Positions 8,595 to 17,718 of a stretch of 40,287 nt of DNA are shown in pieces (position 1 is the stretch's first letter; every line of letters begins with the position of its first letter). The DNA is from Candidatus Micrarchaeia archaeon (lineage in GTDB: Archaea > Micrarchaeota > Micrarchaeia > Burarchaeales > JACRGF01), in NCBI GenBank assembly GCA_038870455.1, contig JAWCPB010000006.1:1-40287 (forward strand). The letters are read 5' to 3'. The notes beneath the pieces are model-generated. The model searched no databases, was not told the origin of the DNA, and was given only the letters and a program-made list of their open reading frames with translations. Made by a program: the position numbers and the translations under genes.

Positions 8595-9338
8595 TCACTC
8601 GAACTCCTGCAGCATCCTCTGTTTTTTCTGCAGGCCCCTTATCCTCGCGCTCGGGTTTCCTACCTCATAATCCAGGCGATAGAACTCCAGGCCCTCGCCC
8701 TCAAGCATCTTGAGCGCGTTTTCCGTTATGCCAGGCGCGCACAGAATGCCTCTCGTCTGCCTGTCCCTGCGCCTGCCCATTTCCTCCACGTACCTGGCCA
8801 GCTGCGTGACCGCATCCAAGCCGGCCCGCCTCCTCTTCACCTCAATGACCACGAGCCTTTTCCGAAAATCCTCCGCAAGAATGTCGATGGTTCCCCTCCT
8901 GACGTCGCTCTTGTTCTTGAGCGGGACAAGCTCCGCCTCGACACACTCCAGGTCCTGCATGAGAAGCTGCGTGAGCTCCCTCTCGCTTCCGAAAACCTTG
9001 AGCCTATTGTCGTCCCTGAGCTGGAACGAGTCCGCAAACTCGATGGAATGAAACTCCACGCGGATTTCTTCTTTGAGCGGCTCGCGGTGACGACGAGCGC
9101 CCCTTCCTTGAGCTCGCACGCCACCCTGCTGCCCGGCCCCTGGTAGTTTATGGCCTTATGCCGCTTCCCTGGTGCAGCAGAAAAGTCCCATCGTGCTTTA
9201 TGACGAGAAGCGCTCGCCCTCGCTGAGCTTTGAAGCCGCCCTTCCGGCGTACCACACGCGGCAGTTGCCTATGACTAGGGCGAGCCTGCCGGCCTCGAGC
9301 GCCCACTCTATCCTCCGCTTTGCCTCCGTCAGCTCCAT
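8595..9338 (-). pseudogene. nucS: Mismatch-specific endonuclease NucS/EndoMS, broken by three frameshifts
   Basis: Four successive frame segments reconstruct the protein: MELTEAK...IGNCRVWYAGRAASKLSEGER / LLVIKHDGTFLLHQGSGIRP / INYQGPGSRVACELKEGALVVTA / EPLKEEIRVEF...GSERELTQ...GTIDILAED...VVIEVKRRRAGLDAVTQLARY. Breaks lie near 9210, 9152 and 9085. Confidence 0.85.
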
Positions 9339-9400
9339 TCCCACCCTCCCAAAAACAATTAATACAGTAAGGTAAAAAGCATTCACGACAGGCGGTCCTG

Positions 9401-9877
9401 ATGGTCTTCACGAGGCTCGGCAGGCGCGATTACGACAAGCTCTCCTCCTGGCTCAGGAGCGACTCGCAGAAGTATTTTGATAAGGCTGTGCGCGTGCTGG
9501 GCTACATCCTGCCTGAGGCCATGTACTCGCGCGACAAGAACACTGTTGACGCCCTGCTGCCGGAGCTCGCGTCCGCCTTCTGGTACTGGGACAGCCGCGT
9601 GCCGCGCGTTCCGGACTGGAGGACTCCGGAAGAACTGGACGAAAAGCTCGTCGAGCGGGAGAAGATGCGGGACAGGAGGAGGGAAGTCGCCTTGCTGCTC
9701 GAGCGGGTTCGCGCCCACGCGGGCAAGCTGAGGAGCGGGCACGGCGGGAAGAAGATAAAGAGCAAAGTGACCCAGGTCATCGAGGAGCTGGAGAGGAAAT
9801 GGAACCTGCTCGCGGCCAAGAGGACAGCCGAGGGCGTTGGCGAAGGGCCTTGGGAAGTGCTCGTGCTCGAGAGGTAG
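9401..9877 (+). CDS. Hypothetical helical protein (158 aa)
   Basis: Clean ORF with host-like codon usage that fills the gap divergently from nucS. No recognisable motif. Confidence 0.65.
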   Translation: MVFTRLGRRDYDKLSSWLRSDSQKYFDKAVRVLGYILPEAMYSRDKNTVDALLPELASAFWYWDSRVPRVPDWRTPEELDEKLVEREKMRDRRREVALLLERVRAHAGKLRSGHGGKKIKSKVTQVIEELERKWNLLAAKRTAEGVGEGPWEVLVLER

Positions 9878-9922
9878 GGCAACCAATTTAATATTTTGTG
9901 AAGAAAAGTAAACGGTGGGTTT

Positions 9923-10621
9923 ATGGCCGGCAAAACGCATCTCGCCACACAGCTTTTTTTCATTCTTCTCTTCAGCGCGCTCGCGCTCGTCGCGCAGAAC
10001 ATAAACTTCTCCCAGCTCGTCGGCTCTTCAAACCAGTACTTCACGTTCTTCCAGTTCATCGGCCCGCTTCCCGCTTCCTTTCTTGGAGTGCTCCCGGGCG
10101 CGGCGGCCATACTGCTCGCGCAGCTCGCCAACTACGCGCTGCTCGGCAGGGCCATCGATTTTGTTGGCGCGTGGCGCCTGCTTCCCATGCTCTTCGCCGC
10201 ATACTACTTCGGCCGCGGAAACCGCATCGCACGCGCGCTCGTTCCCCTGGCCTGCATGGCTGTTTTCATAGCCCACCCAGTAGGCGGCCGGGTTTGGTTC
10301 TACACCCTGTACTGGCTCATTCCGGTCATCGCGCTCAAGTTCGAGCACAACCTGCTGGCGCGCTCGCTCGGCGCCACATTCACGGCCCACGCCATTGGAG
10401 GCGCGTTCTGGATCTGGACCGTTCCCATGCCCGCCGAGGCATGGCTCGCGCTCATCCCCATCGTGGCGTACGAGCGGGGGCTGTTCGCGCTCGGCATCGC
10501 GGGCTCGCACCTGGCATTCAACACCGTTCTGCAGAGGTTCGAGACGCTCGTTCCGGCCAGCGTGCTGCGGGTTGAAAAACAGTATGCGCTTTCCCTTTCG
10601 CGCGTTCTCAGCGTGCACTGA
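9923..10621 (+). CDS. Polytopic membrane protein, ECF-transporter S-component-like
   Basis: About 6-7 hydrophobic segments in 232 aa, a loop after TM1 (INFSQLVGSSNQYFTFFQFIGP) and a G..PG..A pattern, as in S components. Substrate unknown. Confidence 0.55.
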   Translation: MAGKTHLATQLFFILLFSALALVAQNINFSQLVGSSNQYFTFFQFIGPLPASFLGVLPGAAAILLAQLANYALLGRAIDFVGAWRLLPMLFAAYYFGRGNRIARALVPLACMAVFIAHPVGGRVWFYTLYWLIPVIALKFEHNLLARSLGATFTAHAIGGAFWIWTVPMPAEAWLALIPIVAYERGLFALGIAGSHLAFNTVLQRFETLVPASVLRVEKQYALSLSRVLSVH

Positions 10622-10654
10622 AAAACTTATTAACCGCAAAGCCGAAGCGCCCTC

Positions 10655-11503
10655 ATGAAGCCCCCGTGGCTCAGGATCAGGCCCCCGAGCGGGAAATACG
10701 CGGAGGTAAAGGCAGTCCTCGCGGGCAGTTCTCTCCACACAGTCTGCCAGTCCGCGCGTTGTCCAAACCAAGGCGAGTGCTGGGGCTCAGGCACGGCAAC
10801 CTTTCTCCTTCTCGGGAATGTCTGCACGCGCGGCTGCCGCTTCTGTGCCACACCCAAGGCCAGCGCGGGCCTGCCCATTGATGCAGGCGAGGGAGCGCGC
10901 ATCGCCGAGGCTGCTCGTAGGATGGGCCTTCGCTATGTTGTTCTCACCAGCGTGTGCCGCGACGACCTGCCTGACGGAGGCGCGGCGCACTTCGCTGCCT
11001 GCATCCGCGCGCTGAAGGAAAAAGGCTTTCTTGTCGAGGCGCTCGTTCCGGACTTCCGCGGGAACGATGCCTGCCTGCGCGCCGTGCTCGCCGCGAGGCC
11101 GGACATCCTCGCTCACAACATCGAGGTTGTCGAGCGCCTCACCCCGCTCGCCAGGGACAGGCGCGCTTCCTACCGCCAATCGCTCGCGGTACTCGCAAAC
11201 GCGAAGAAAGCGGGCTTCACCACAAAATCCTCCCTTATGCTGGGCCTGGGCGAGCGCGAGGAGGAAGTGTTGCGCGCGATGGACGACCTGCGCGCGGTCG
11301 GGTGTGACATACTGACCCTCGGCCAGTACCTCCAGCCCACCCCAGCTCACCTTCCCGTTGCAGAGTTCATTGCGCCAGAGGCGTTTGCCCGCCTCAAAGC
11401 CATCGCTCTAGAAAAGGGCTTTCGTTTTGTGGCCAGCGGGCCTTTCATTCGCTCTTCCTACAGGGCGGGCGAGCTGTTCGCGGAGATGACAGCATGCCGT
11501 TGA
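10655..11503 (+). CDS. lipA: Lipoyl synthase
   Basis: KPPWLR, CQSARCPNQGEC (CX4CX5C), CTRGCRFC (radical SAM), GQYLQP, RSSY. Confidence 0.96.
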   Translation: MKPPWLRIRPPSGKYAEVKAVLAGSSLHTVCQSARCPNQGECWGSGTATFLLLGNVCTRGCRFCATPKASAGLPIDAGEGARIAEAARRMGLRYVVLTSVCRDDLPDGGAAHFAACIRALKEKGFLVEALVPDFRGNDACLRAVLAARPDILAHNIEVVERLTPLARDRRASYRQSLAVLANAKKAGFTTKSSLMLGLGEREEEVLRAMDDLRAVGCDILTLGQYLQPTPAHLPVAEFIAPEAFARLKAIALEKGFRFVASGPFIRSSYRAGELFAEMTACR

Positions 11504-12582
11504 AGAAAGTCGTTGAGTTCAAGATCGAACACCTCAGCATACTCAACCAGGACGGCAGCTATGACGAGTCGCTCGAGCCCAGGCTGCCGCGCGAGCTGCT
11601 GGACAAGATTTACAGGACGATGGTGCTCGAGAGGACTTTCGACGCCAAGGCGCTGTCGCTGCAGAGGCAGGGCCGCCTGCTCACCTACGCTCCGAGCGAG
11701 GGCGAGGAGGCCACGCACGTCGCCAGCGCTTTTGCCCTGGAGGAGGGCGACTGGCTTTTCCCCTCATACAGGGAGCACGGCGCTTACTTTGCGCGAGGGC
11801 TTCCTCCCAAGCTGCTCTTCCTCTCCTTCATGGGAAGCGAGGATGGAAACAGGATTCCAGACGGGATAAACGCGTTCACCATCATCATTCCCATCGCCTC
11901 GCAGGTCCTGCACGCGACGGGCGCGGCGCTCGCCGACCGCCTTCTCGGGCGAAAGCGCGTCTCGCTCGTTTTCTTCGGCGACGGGGGCACGAGCGAGGGC
12001 GACTTTCACGAGGGCTTGAACTTTGCGGGCACCTTCAAGTGCCCCATCGTATTTGTGTGTCGCAATAATCAATATGCCATAAGCGTTCCCAGGGAAAGGC
12101 AGACCGCATCCGAAACTCTTGCACAGAAGGCCCTCGCCTACGGCTTTCCGGGCATCCAAGTCGACGGCAACGACGTGCTCGCGGTGTACAAGGCGACAAG
12201 GGACGCTGTCGAGAGAGCCCGCGCCGGCCAGGGCCCCACGCTCATCGAGTGCCTCACCTACCGCATCGGGCCTCACACGACCGCGGACGACCCGACCCGC
12301 TACAGGAGCGAGGAAGAGGTTGCTGCCTGGAGGCGGAGGGACCCGGTTGAGCGCTTCCGCAACTACCTGAAGAGGAAAGGCTTGTGGAGCGAGGCTTACG
12401 AAGAGGAGGTGGCGCGCGAGGCGCAGGCCGTGATAGAAGAGGCTGTCAAGGAGGCTGAAGCGCACTCGCCCTCCCCAACCGCCTTCTTCCACTTCGTTTT
12501 CGAGAAGATGACTCCCAACCTGCTTGAGCAGGAGGAGGAGCTCAAGAAGTACTTGGAGGAAAAGGCGAGGCAAGGCGGATGA
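11494..12582 (+). CDS. pdhA: 2-oxoacid (pyruvate/branched-chain) dehydrogenase E1 alpha
   Basis: LQRQGR, YREHG, GDGGTSEGDFHEGLNFA, NNQYAIS, HTTADDPTRYR. Confidence 0.93.
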   Translation: MPLKKVVEFKIEHLSILNQDGSYDESLEPRLPRELLDKIYRTMVLERTFDAKALSLQRQGRLLTYAPSEGEEATHVASAFALEEGDWLFPSYREHGAYFARGLPPKLLFLSFMGSEDGNRIPDGINAFTIIIPIASQVLHATGAALADRLLGRKRVSLVFFGDGGTSEGDFHEGLNFAGTFKCPIVFVCRNNQYAISVPRERQTASETLAQKALAYGFPGIQVDGNDVLAVYKATRDAVERARAGQGPTLIECLTYRIGPHTTADDPTRYRSEEEVAAWRRRDPVERFRNYLKRKGLWSEAYEEEVAREAQAVIEEAVKEAEAHSPSPTAFFHFVFEKMTPNLLEQEEELKKYLEEKARQGG

Positions 12583-12583
12583 C

Positions 12584-13561
12584 GTGACCAAGCTCAACAT
12601 GGTCGAGGCGGTGAATCAGGCGCTTCACCAGGAAATGCAGCGCGACCCCACAGTTATCGTTCTCGGCGAGGACGTCGGCAAGGACGGCGGCGTATTCCGC
12701 GCCACCCAAGGCCTCTGGAATACTTTCGGCGAGGCCCGCGTGCTCGACACGCCGCTCGCAGAAAGCGGCATTGTGGGCGTCTCCATAGGCATGGCTGTTA
12801 ACGGCTTGCGGCCTGTCGCAGAGCTTCAGTTCGACGGCTTCACCTACCTGGCCTTCCAGCAGATAATAAACCACGCGGCGCGCATGCGAAACAGGTCGAG
12901 GGGAAGATTCACTTGCCCGATGGTGATTCGTGCTCCGTATGGCGGCGGTGTTCGCGCTCTCGAGCACCACAGCGAGAGCATGGAGGCGCTGTGGTGCCAC
13001 ATCCCTGGCATCAAGGTTGTCATCCCCTCAACCCCCGTTGACGCCAAGGGCCTGCTCGTCGCTTCCATCCGCGACCCAGACCCTGTTTTTTTCTTCGAGC
13101 CCAAGCGCCTCTACCGCGCCTTCAGGGAAGAAGTTCCGGACGAGCTGTATGACATCCCGCTCGGCAAAGCGAAGCTTGTCAAGGAGGGCAGCGACGTCAC
13201 GCTCGTTTCCTGGGGCTCGATGATGAGAACGACGATCGAAGCGACTGAGGAAATTGAAAAGGAGGGCACGAGCTGCGAGCTCATCGACCTGCGCACGCTC
13301 TCCCCCCTCGATGACGAAACCCTCATGGCGAGCGTGCGCAAGACAGGCCGCGTTGTCGTCGTCGAGGAGGAGCCGCGTTCATTCAGCGTGGCCGCGGAAA
13401 TCATCACGCGCATTAACGAGAAAGCATTTCTGTCGCTCGAGGCTCCGCCCGCGCGCGTGGCCTCCTACGACGTCCCTGTCCCTTACCCAAAGCTGGAGGA
13501 CTATTACCTGCCGAATCCGCTCAAGATAAAAAAGGCAGTCAAGGAAGCGATGAGCTATTGA
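12584..13561 (+). CDS. pdhB: 2-oxoacid dehydrogenase E1 beta
   Basis: GEDVGKDGGVFRAT, DTPLAESGI, ELQFDGF, ALEHHSES, FFEPKRLY. GTG start at 12584. Confidence 0.93.
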   Translation: MTKLNMVEAVNQALHQEMQRDPTVIVLGEDVGKDGGVFRATQGLWNTFGEARVLDTPLAESGIVGVSIGMAVNGLRPVAELQFDGFTYLAFQQIINHAARMRNRSRGRFTCPMVIRAPYGGGVRALEHHSESMEALWCHIPGIKVVIPSTPVDAKGLLVASIRDPDPVFFFEPKRLYRAFREEVPDELYDIPLGKAKLVKEGSDVTLVSWGSMMRTTIEATEEIEKEGTSCELIDLRTLSPLDDETLMASVRKTGRVVVVEEEPRSFSVAAEIITRINEKAFLSLEAPPARVASYDVPVPYPKLEDYYLPNPLKIKKAVKEAMSY

Positions 13562-13570
13562 GTTGGTTGC

Positions 13571-14773
13571 ATGGCATTCGTTTTCCGCTTTCCGGACGTC
13601 GGCGAGGGAATTACCGAAGGCCGCATAGTCAAGTGGCTCGTCAAAGAAGGCGAGCGCGTGAGGGAAGACCAGCCGCTCGGCGAGATCGAAACCGACAAGG
13701 CCGTGGTCGAGATGCCCTCGCCAAAAGCGGGCGTTGTCCTCCGCCTCTATGTTCCGGAGGGCGGCGTGGTCAAAGTCGGCGGAGCGCTCGCGGCAATCGG
13801 CGAGCAGGGGGAGAGCGCGCCCGAGGAAAAAGCGCCCGCCGCAAGGCCTGCGGGAGCGCCCGCGCCTCCTTCCGCCCCCCAGCCTTCATTCACCCATCCC
13901 CTCGCAACCCCGGCAATACGCAGGCTCGCCCGCGAGCTCGGAGTGGAACTGGCTAAAATAAAAGGCACGGGGCCTGCCGGAAGGATCACGGAACAGGACG
14001 TGCGCGCAGCCGCCAGCGTCGCGCCAGCGCCAACTGCACGCGCGCCTTCTCCTCCAATTCACATCGAAGGCCCTGTCGAGCGCGTTCCCCTCGTTGGCGT
14101 GCGCAAGCTCATTTCCCAGCGCATGGCCAGCAGCGCCTTCACAGCCCCTCACGTCACCCACATGGACGAGTGTGATGTCACCGACTTGTGGCGCATGAGG
14201 GAAAGCAAGAAAACGCTCGCGCAGGCCAAAGGCATTCACCTCACCTTCCTTCCCCTCATCGCGCGCGCGGCCATCCTTTCTCTGAAACATCACCCCATAT
14301 TCAATTCCTCAATCGATGAGGAGAAGGGCGAAATCATCGTAAAGAAGTACTTCAACCTCGGCATCGCGGTCGATACCCCGGAGGGCCTCGTGGTCGTCGT
14401 GGTAAAGGACGCGGACAAGAAGGACATTCTCGAGCTCGCGCGAGAGATGAACGAGCTGTCCGAAAAAGCACGCGAGAGGAAAGTTTCTCTCGAAGAGCTT
14501 CGGGGCAGCACCTTCACCATAACCAACATCGGCACGCTGGGAGGCATTTTCGCCACGCCCATCATCAACCCAGGCGAGTGCGCCATCCTGGGCACGGGCA
14601 AAATCCGCGACGCGCCCGCTGTCGTCAACGGCGGGATAGCCATCCGCAAGCTCCTCCCACTCTCTCTTTCATTCGACCACAGAATAACGGACGGCGCGGC
14701 CGCCGCGCGCTTTGTCAACTCGATCAAGCAGCACCTAGAGGACCCGAGCCTCCTGCTCGTGGATGTGGTCTGA
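13571..14773 (+). CDS. pdhC: Dihydrolipoamide acyltransferase E2 (single lipoyl domain)
   Basis: PDVGEGITEG...ETDKA lipoyl-Lys, Ala/Pro linker, ATPAIRRLARELG E3-binding domain, FDHRITDG catalytic motif. Confidence 0.95.
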   Translation: MAFVFRFPDVGEGITEGRIVKWLVKEGERVREDQPLGEIETDKAVVEMPSPKAGVVLRLYVPEGGVVKVGGALAAIGEQGESAPEEKAPAARPAGAPAPPSAPQPSFTHPLATPAIRRLARELGVELAKIKGTGPAGRITEQDVRAAASVAPAPTARAPSPPIHIEGPVERVPLVGVRKLISQRMASSAFTAPHVTHMDECDVTDLWRMRESKKTLAQAKGIHLTFLPLIARAAILSLKHHPIFNSSIDEEKGEIIVKKYFNLGIAVDTPEGLVVVVVKDADKKDILELAREMNELSEKARERKVSLEELRGSTFTITNIGTLGGIFATPIINPGECAILGTGKIRDAPAVVNGGIAIRKLLPLSLSFDHRITDGAAAARFVNSIKQHLEDPSLLLVDVV

Positions 14774-16197
14774 TGGTGATGGGCGAGCTCGAGCGCCAGT
14801 GCGATCTCCTCGTCATCGGGGGCGGGCCGGGAGGCTACGTGTGCGCGCTGCGCGCGGCCCAGCTCGGCAAGGACGTCGTTCTCATCGATAGGGAAAAGCT
14901 CGGAGGGCTGTGCCTGAACCACGGCTGCGTTCCCAGCAAGGCGCTCATCCAAGTCGCGAAAGTCTTTCACGAGATCAAGGAGCTGGGCAAGATTGGGCTG
15001 CACATCGAGGGCGCGCGCGTCGACATGCAGCGGCTTCAGGCTTGGAAGGACCGTGTCGAGGAGCAGCTGAGGAACGGCATCGCCAGCCTCTGCGAGCGCC
15101 GCGGCGTCGAAGTCATTCACGCCACGGCCTTCTTCGAGTCCTCCTCGCGCGCGGGCTACAGGAGCGAGGAAGGGGGCGGCGCGGTCAAGTTCAAGAAAGC
15201 AGTCATCGCGACGGGCTCGGCCGCGGCGCCCCTCAAGGGCTTTGAATTCGACGGCGAGACGGTCATCTCCGCGCGCGAGGCGCTTGAGCTGGCCGAAATC
15301 CCCAACGACCTCCTCATCATCGGCGGCGGCTACATAGGCGTGGAGATGGGCACGCTGTACACGAAGCTCGGCAGCCGCGTTTCCATTCTGCAGAGAAGCG
15401 AGCGCATTCTCACGGGTGTTGACGCCGATATCGCGGAGCTCGTCCACGCCCACCTTGCCAGGCTCGGGGCAAAAATCTATACAAACACCTCGCCAACCTC
15501 CTTCGAAAAAAAAGGCGGCCGCGCGCTCGTCAAAGCCTCCACCCCCTCAGGCGAGGCATCTTTTGAAGCCGATAAAATCCTCGTCGCAATAGGCCACAAG
15601 CCCAACACGGCGGGCCTCAATCTTGAAAAGACGCGCGTGCAGCTCAACGAGCAGGGCTTCATCAAAGTCAATGAAAAAAGGCAGACCACCGACCCCAACA
15701 TCTACGCCATCGGCGACGTTTCCGGCCCCCCTCTCCTCGCGCACAAGGGCTTCCGCGAGGGCAAAGTCGCTGCCGAGGCCATCGCCGGCCTTCCGGCCGC
15801 TTTCGACAACGCGTTCATCCCCGCAGCGATCTTCAGCGACCCCGAGATAGCCACTGTCGGAATGGGCGAGGAAGAGGCAAGGGAAAAAGGCTTGGACGTC
15901 TCGGTTGGCAAGTTTCCCTTCCACGCCTCCGCCCGCGCGCTCACGCTCAACGAGCCCGATGGCTTCGTCAAAGTCGTTTCGGACGCAAAGACAGGCCTCC
16001 TACTCGGAATTCACGTCGTGGGCCCTGACGCGAGCGACCTCATCAGCGAGGCCACGCTCGCCCTTGAAATGGGCGCGCTGGCCGAAGACGTTGCAACAAC
16101 CATCCACCCCCACCCGACCCTCTCCGAGGCGCTCATGGAGGCTGCCGAGGACGCGCTGGGCAAAGCCATTCACATCTTCCAGGAAAAGAAAGCCTAA
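14773..16197 (+). CDS. lpdA: Dihydrolipoamide dehydrogenase E3
   Basis: GGGPGGY, GGLCLNHGCVPSK, GGGYIGVE, HPHPTLSE. TGATG overlap with the E2 stop. Confidence 0.96.
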   Translation: MVMGELERQCDLLVIGGGPGGYVCALRAAQLGKDVVLIDREKLGGLCLNHGCVPSKALIQVAKVFHEIKELGKIGLHIEGARVDMQRLQAWKDRVEEQLRNGIASLCERRGVEVIHATAFFESSSRAGYRSEEGGGAVKFKKAVIATGSAAAPLKGFEFDGETVISAREALELAEIPNDLLIIGGGYIGVEMGTLYTKLGSRVSILQRSERILTGVDADIAELVHAHLARLGAKIYTNTSPTSFEKKGGRALVKASTPSGEASFEADKILVAIGHKPNTAGLNLEKTRVQLNEQGFIKVNEKRQTTDPNIYAIGDVSGPPLLAHKGFREGKVAAEAIAGLPAAFDNAFIPAAIFSDPEIATVGMGEEEAREKGLDVSVGKFPFHASARALTLNEPDGFVKVVSDAKTGLLLGIHVVGPDASDLISEATLALEMGALAEDVATTIHPHPTLSEALMEAAEDALGKAIHIFQEKKA

Positions 16198-16206
16198 ATA
16201 GCTTCC

Positions 16207-17010
16207 ATGCAAAACTCTCTCATGGCACGGCGAGTCCATCCCCGCTCGAAGCTCGTCACTCTTCTCAAGGAGAGGCTCACGAAGTCGAAGGTGAGCAAGG
16301 CCGCTACGAAAGAACTCGAGGAGCACGCCCAGCGCACGCCAACGGGCTCGCTCCTCAGGCAGATCATTCTCGGAGGACAGGATGGCGTGGTGAACGTGCT
16401 CGGCATCGCCTTGGGCGTTGCGAGCGCGACGAACGACCCGAAGCTCGTGCTCATCTCCGGCCTCGCCGGCACTTTCGCTGAAAGCATTTCCATGGCCGCC
16501 GTTGCCTACACTTCGGCGCGCGCCATGCAGGACCATTACAAGGGCGAGGTTGAGAGGGAAAAGTGGGAGATGGCGCACCTGCCCGAAGTGGAGAAGGAAG
16601 AGGTGCGCCTCATCTACATGAAGAAGGGCTTCCGCGGAAAGACGCTTGAGGACGTCGTGAGGAAAATAACCTCAAGCAAGCGGACTTGGCTCGAGGCCAT
16701 GGTGAGCGATGAGCTGGGGCTTGGCGCGGAAACAAAAAAAATAAACCCGACAAGGGAGGCCGCAGTCGTCGGCCTCTCGTCGCTCGCCGGCTCGCTCATT
16801 CCAATCATTCCTTTTGCGTTGATTCCAGTGTGGCCTGCAACGCTCGCGTCAGTCATCGTCTCTGCAGCAGTCCTGTTTCTTGCAGGCTGGCAGAAGGCGC
16901 GCATGACTGTCGGAAGCCCGTTAAAGAGCGGGCTCGAGATGGCCCTGATTGGTGGGGTGGCGGCGCTCGCGGGGTACCTCATCGGCTCTGCGGTCGGACG
17001 GGTTATCTGA
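16207..17010 (+). CDS. VIT1/CCC1 family Fe/Mn transporter
   Basis: IILGGQDGVV, GLAGTFAESISMA, ERE..E..PE.EKEE, MVSDELGL, followed by C-terminal TM helices. The start may be at 16222. Confidence 0.9.
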   Translation: MQNSLMARRVHPRSKLVTLLKERLTKSKVSKAATKELEEHAQRTPTGSLLRQIILGGQDGVVNVLGIALGVASATNDPKLVLISGLAGTFAESISMAAVAYTSARAMQDHYKGEVEREKWEMAHLPEVEKEEVRLIYMKKGFRGKTLEDVVRKITSSKRTWLEAMVSDELGLGAETKKINPTREAAVVGLSSLAGSLIPIIPFALIPVWPATLASVIVSAAVLFLAGWQKARMTVGSPLKSGLEMALIGGVAALAGYLIGSAVGRVI

Positions 17011-17686
17011 GCTGAATTATTCTGGTACGGAATGCAACCGGCTCGAGGCCCATGCGCCTGCACGCCTCCGCTGGCACGCCTATGTCAGCGAGAAAAAGTT
17101 TCCCGACAAACGCTCCCGCTTCTTTTTTCAATAAGCCCGTTTTTGGATACGCCAGCGTGATTGTCGCGTTCGCCCTTATGCACGGCTCGAAAGCCTCTCC
17201 AGTGTTCGCGTCAAGGCCCGAGGGCAGATCGACCGCGAGAATGGGTTTTCCGCTCGCATTCGCTGCCCTGACGAGCTCGGCGAATTTTCCCTGGGGCGCG
17301 CCCTTGAGGTTAAAGCCGAGCAGTGCGTCAATGAGGAAGTCAAATGAAGTGAATTCAGCTCGCTCACCGATCCCAATAATCTTGACGCCTGTTTTTTCCG
17401 CCCGCTCGAGCTGCTTGAGCGGCTCTCCTGAGAATTTTTCCCTCGGGCTCGCAAGAAAGGCGGTGACAGAAAAACCGCGCTCGGCCAGCCTTCTCGCAGC
17501 GCACAAGCCATCCCCACCATTGTTTCCATGCCCGCACAGCACGGCGATTTTTCTGCCGCGGGCCATTTTCTCCGCAAGCTCGGCAATCCTCTCGCCCGCC
17601 CTTTCCATGAGCACTGCTGTCCCCGCCCCCAGTTCTCCCGCCAGCCTGTCGAGCTCTGCCATCCGCTCGCGCGAAACAACCTGCAT
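17003..17686 (-). CDS. nnrE: NAD(P)H-hydrate epimerase (stand-alone YjeF-N)
   Basis: LMERAG, CGHGNNGGDG, IDALLG, VDLPSGL, ADIGVP. Confidence 0.92.
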   Translation of the reverse strand: MQVVSRERMAELDRLAGELGAGTAVLMERAGERIAELAEKMARGRKIAVLCGHGNNGGDGLCAARRLAERGFSVTAFLASPREKFSGEPLKQLERAEKTGVKIIGIGERAEFTSFDFLIDALLGFNLKGAPQGKFAELVRAANASGKPILAVDLPSGLDANTGEAFEPCIRANATITLAYPKTGLLKKEAGAFVGKLFLADIGVPAEACRRMGLEPVAFRTRIIQLR

Positions 17687-17718
17687 AAGTTTAAGCCTTG
17701 ATTCTCCAATTTAAATTC

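Noticed and set aside
9080-9215. Programmed ribosomal frameshifting as an explanation for split nucS
   Set aside because: Three successive shifts would be needed, and no slippery heptamer is present at the junctions.
9878-9922. Possible TPP or other riboswitch ahead of the S-component-like gene
   Set aside because: The gap is only 45 nt, AT-rich, and has no aptamer consensus.
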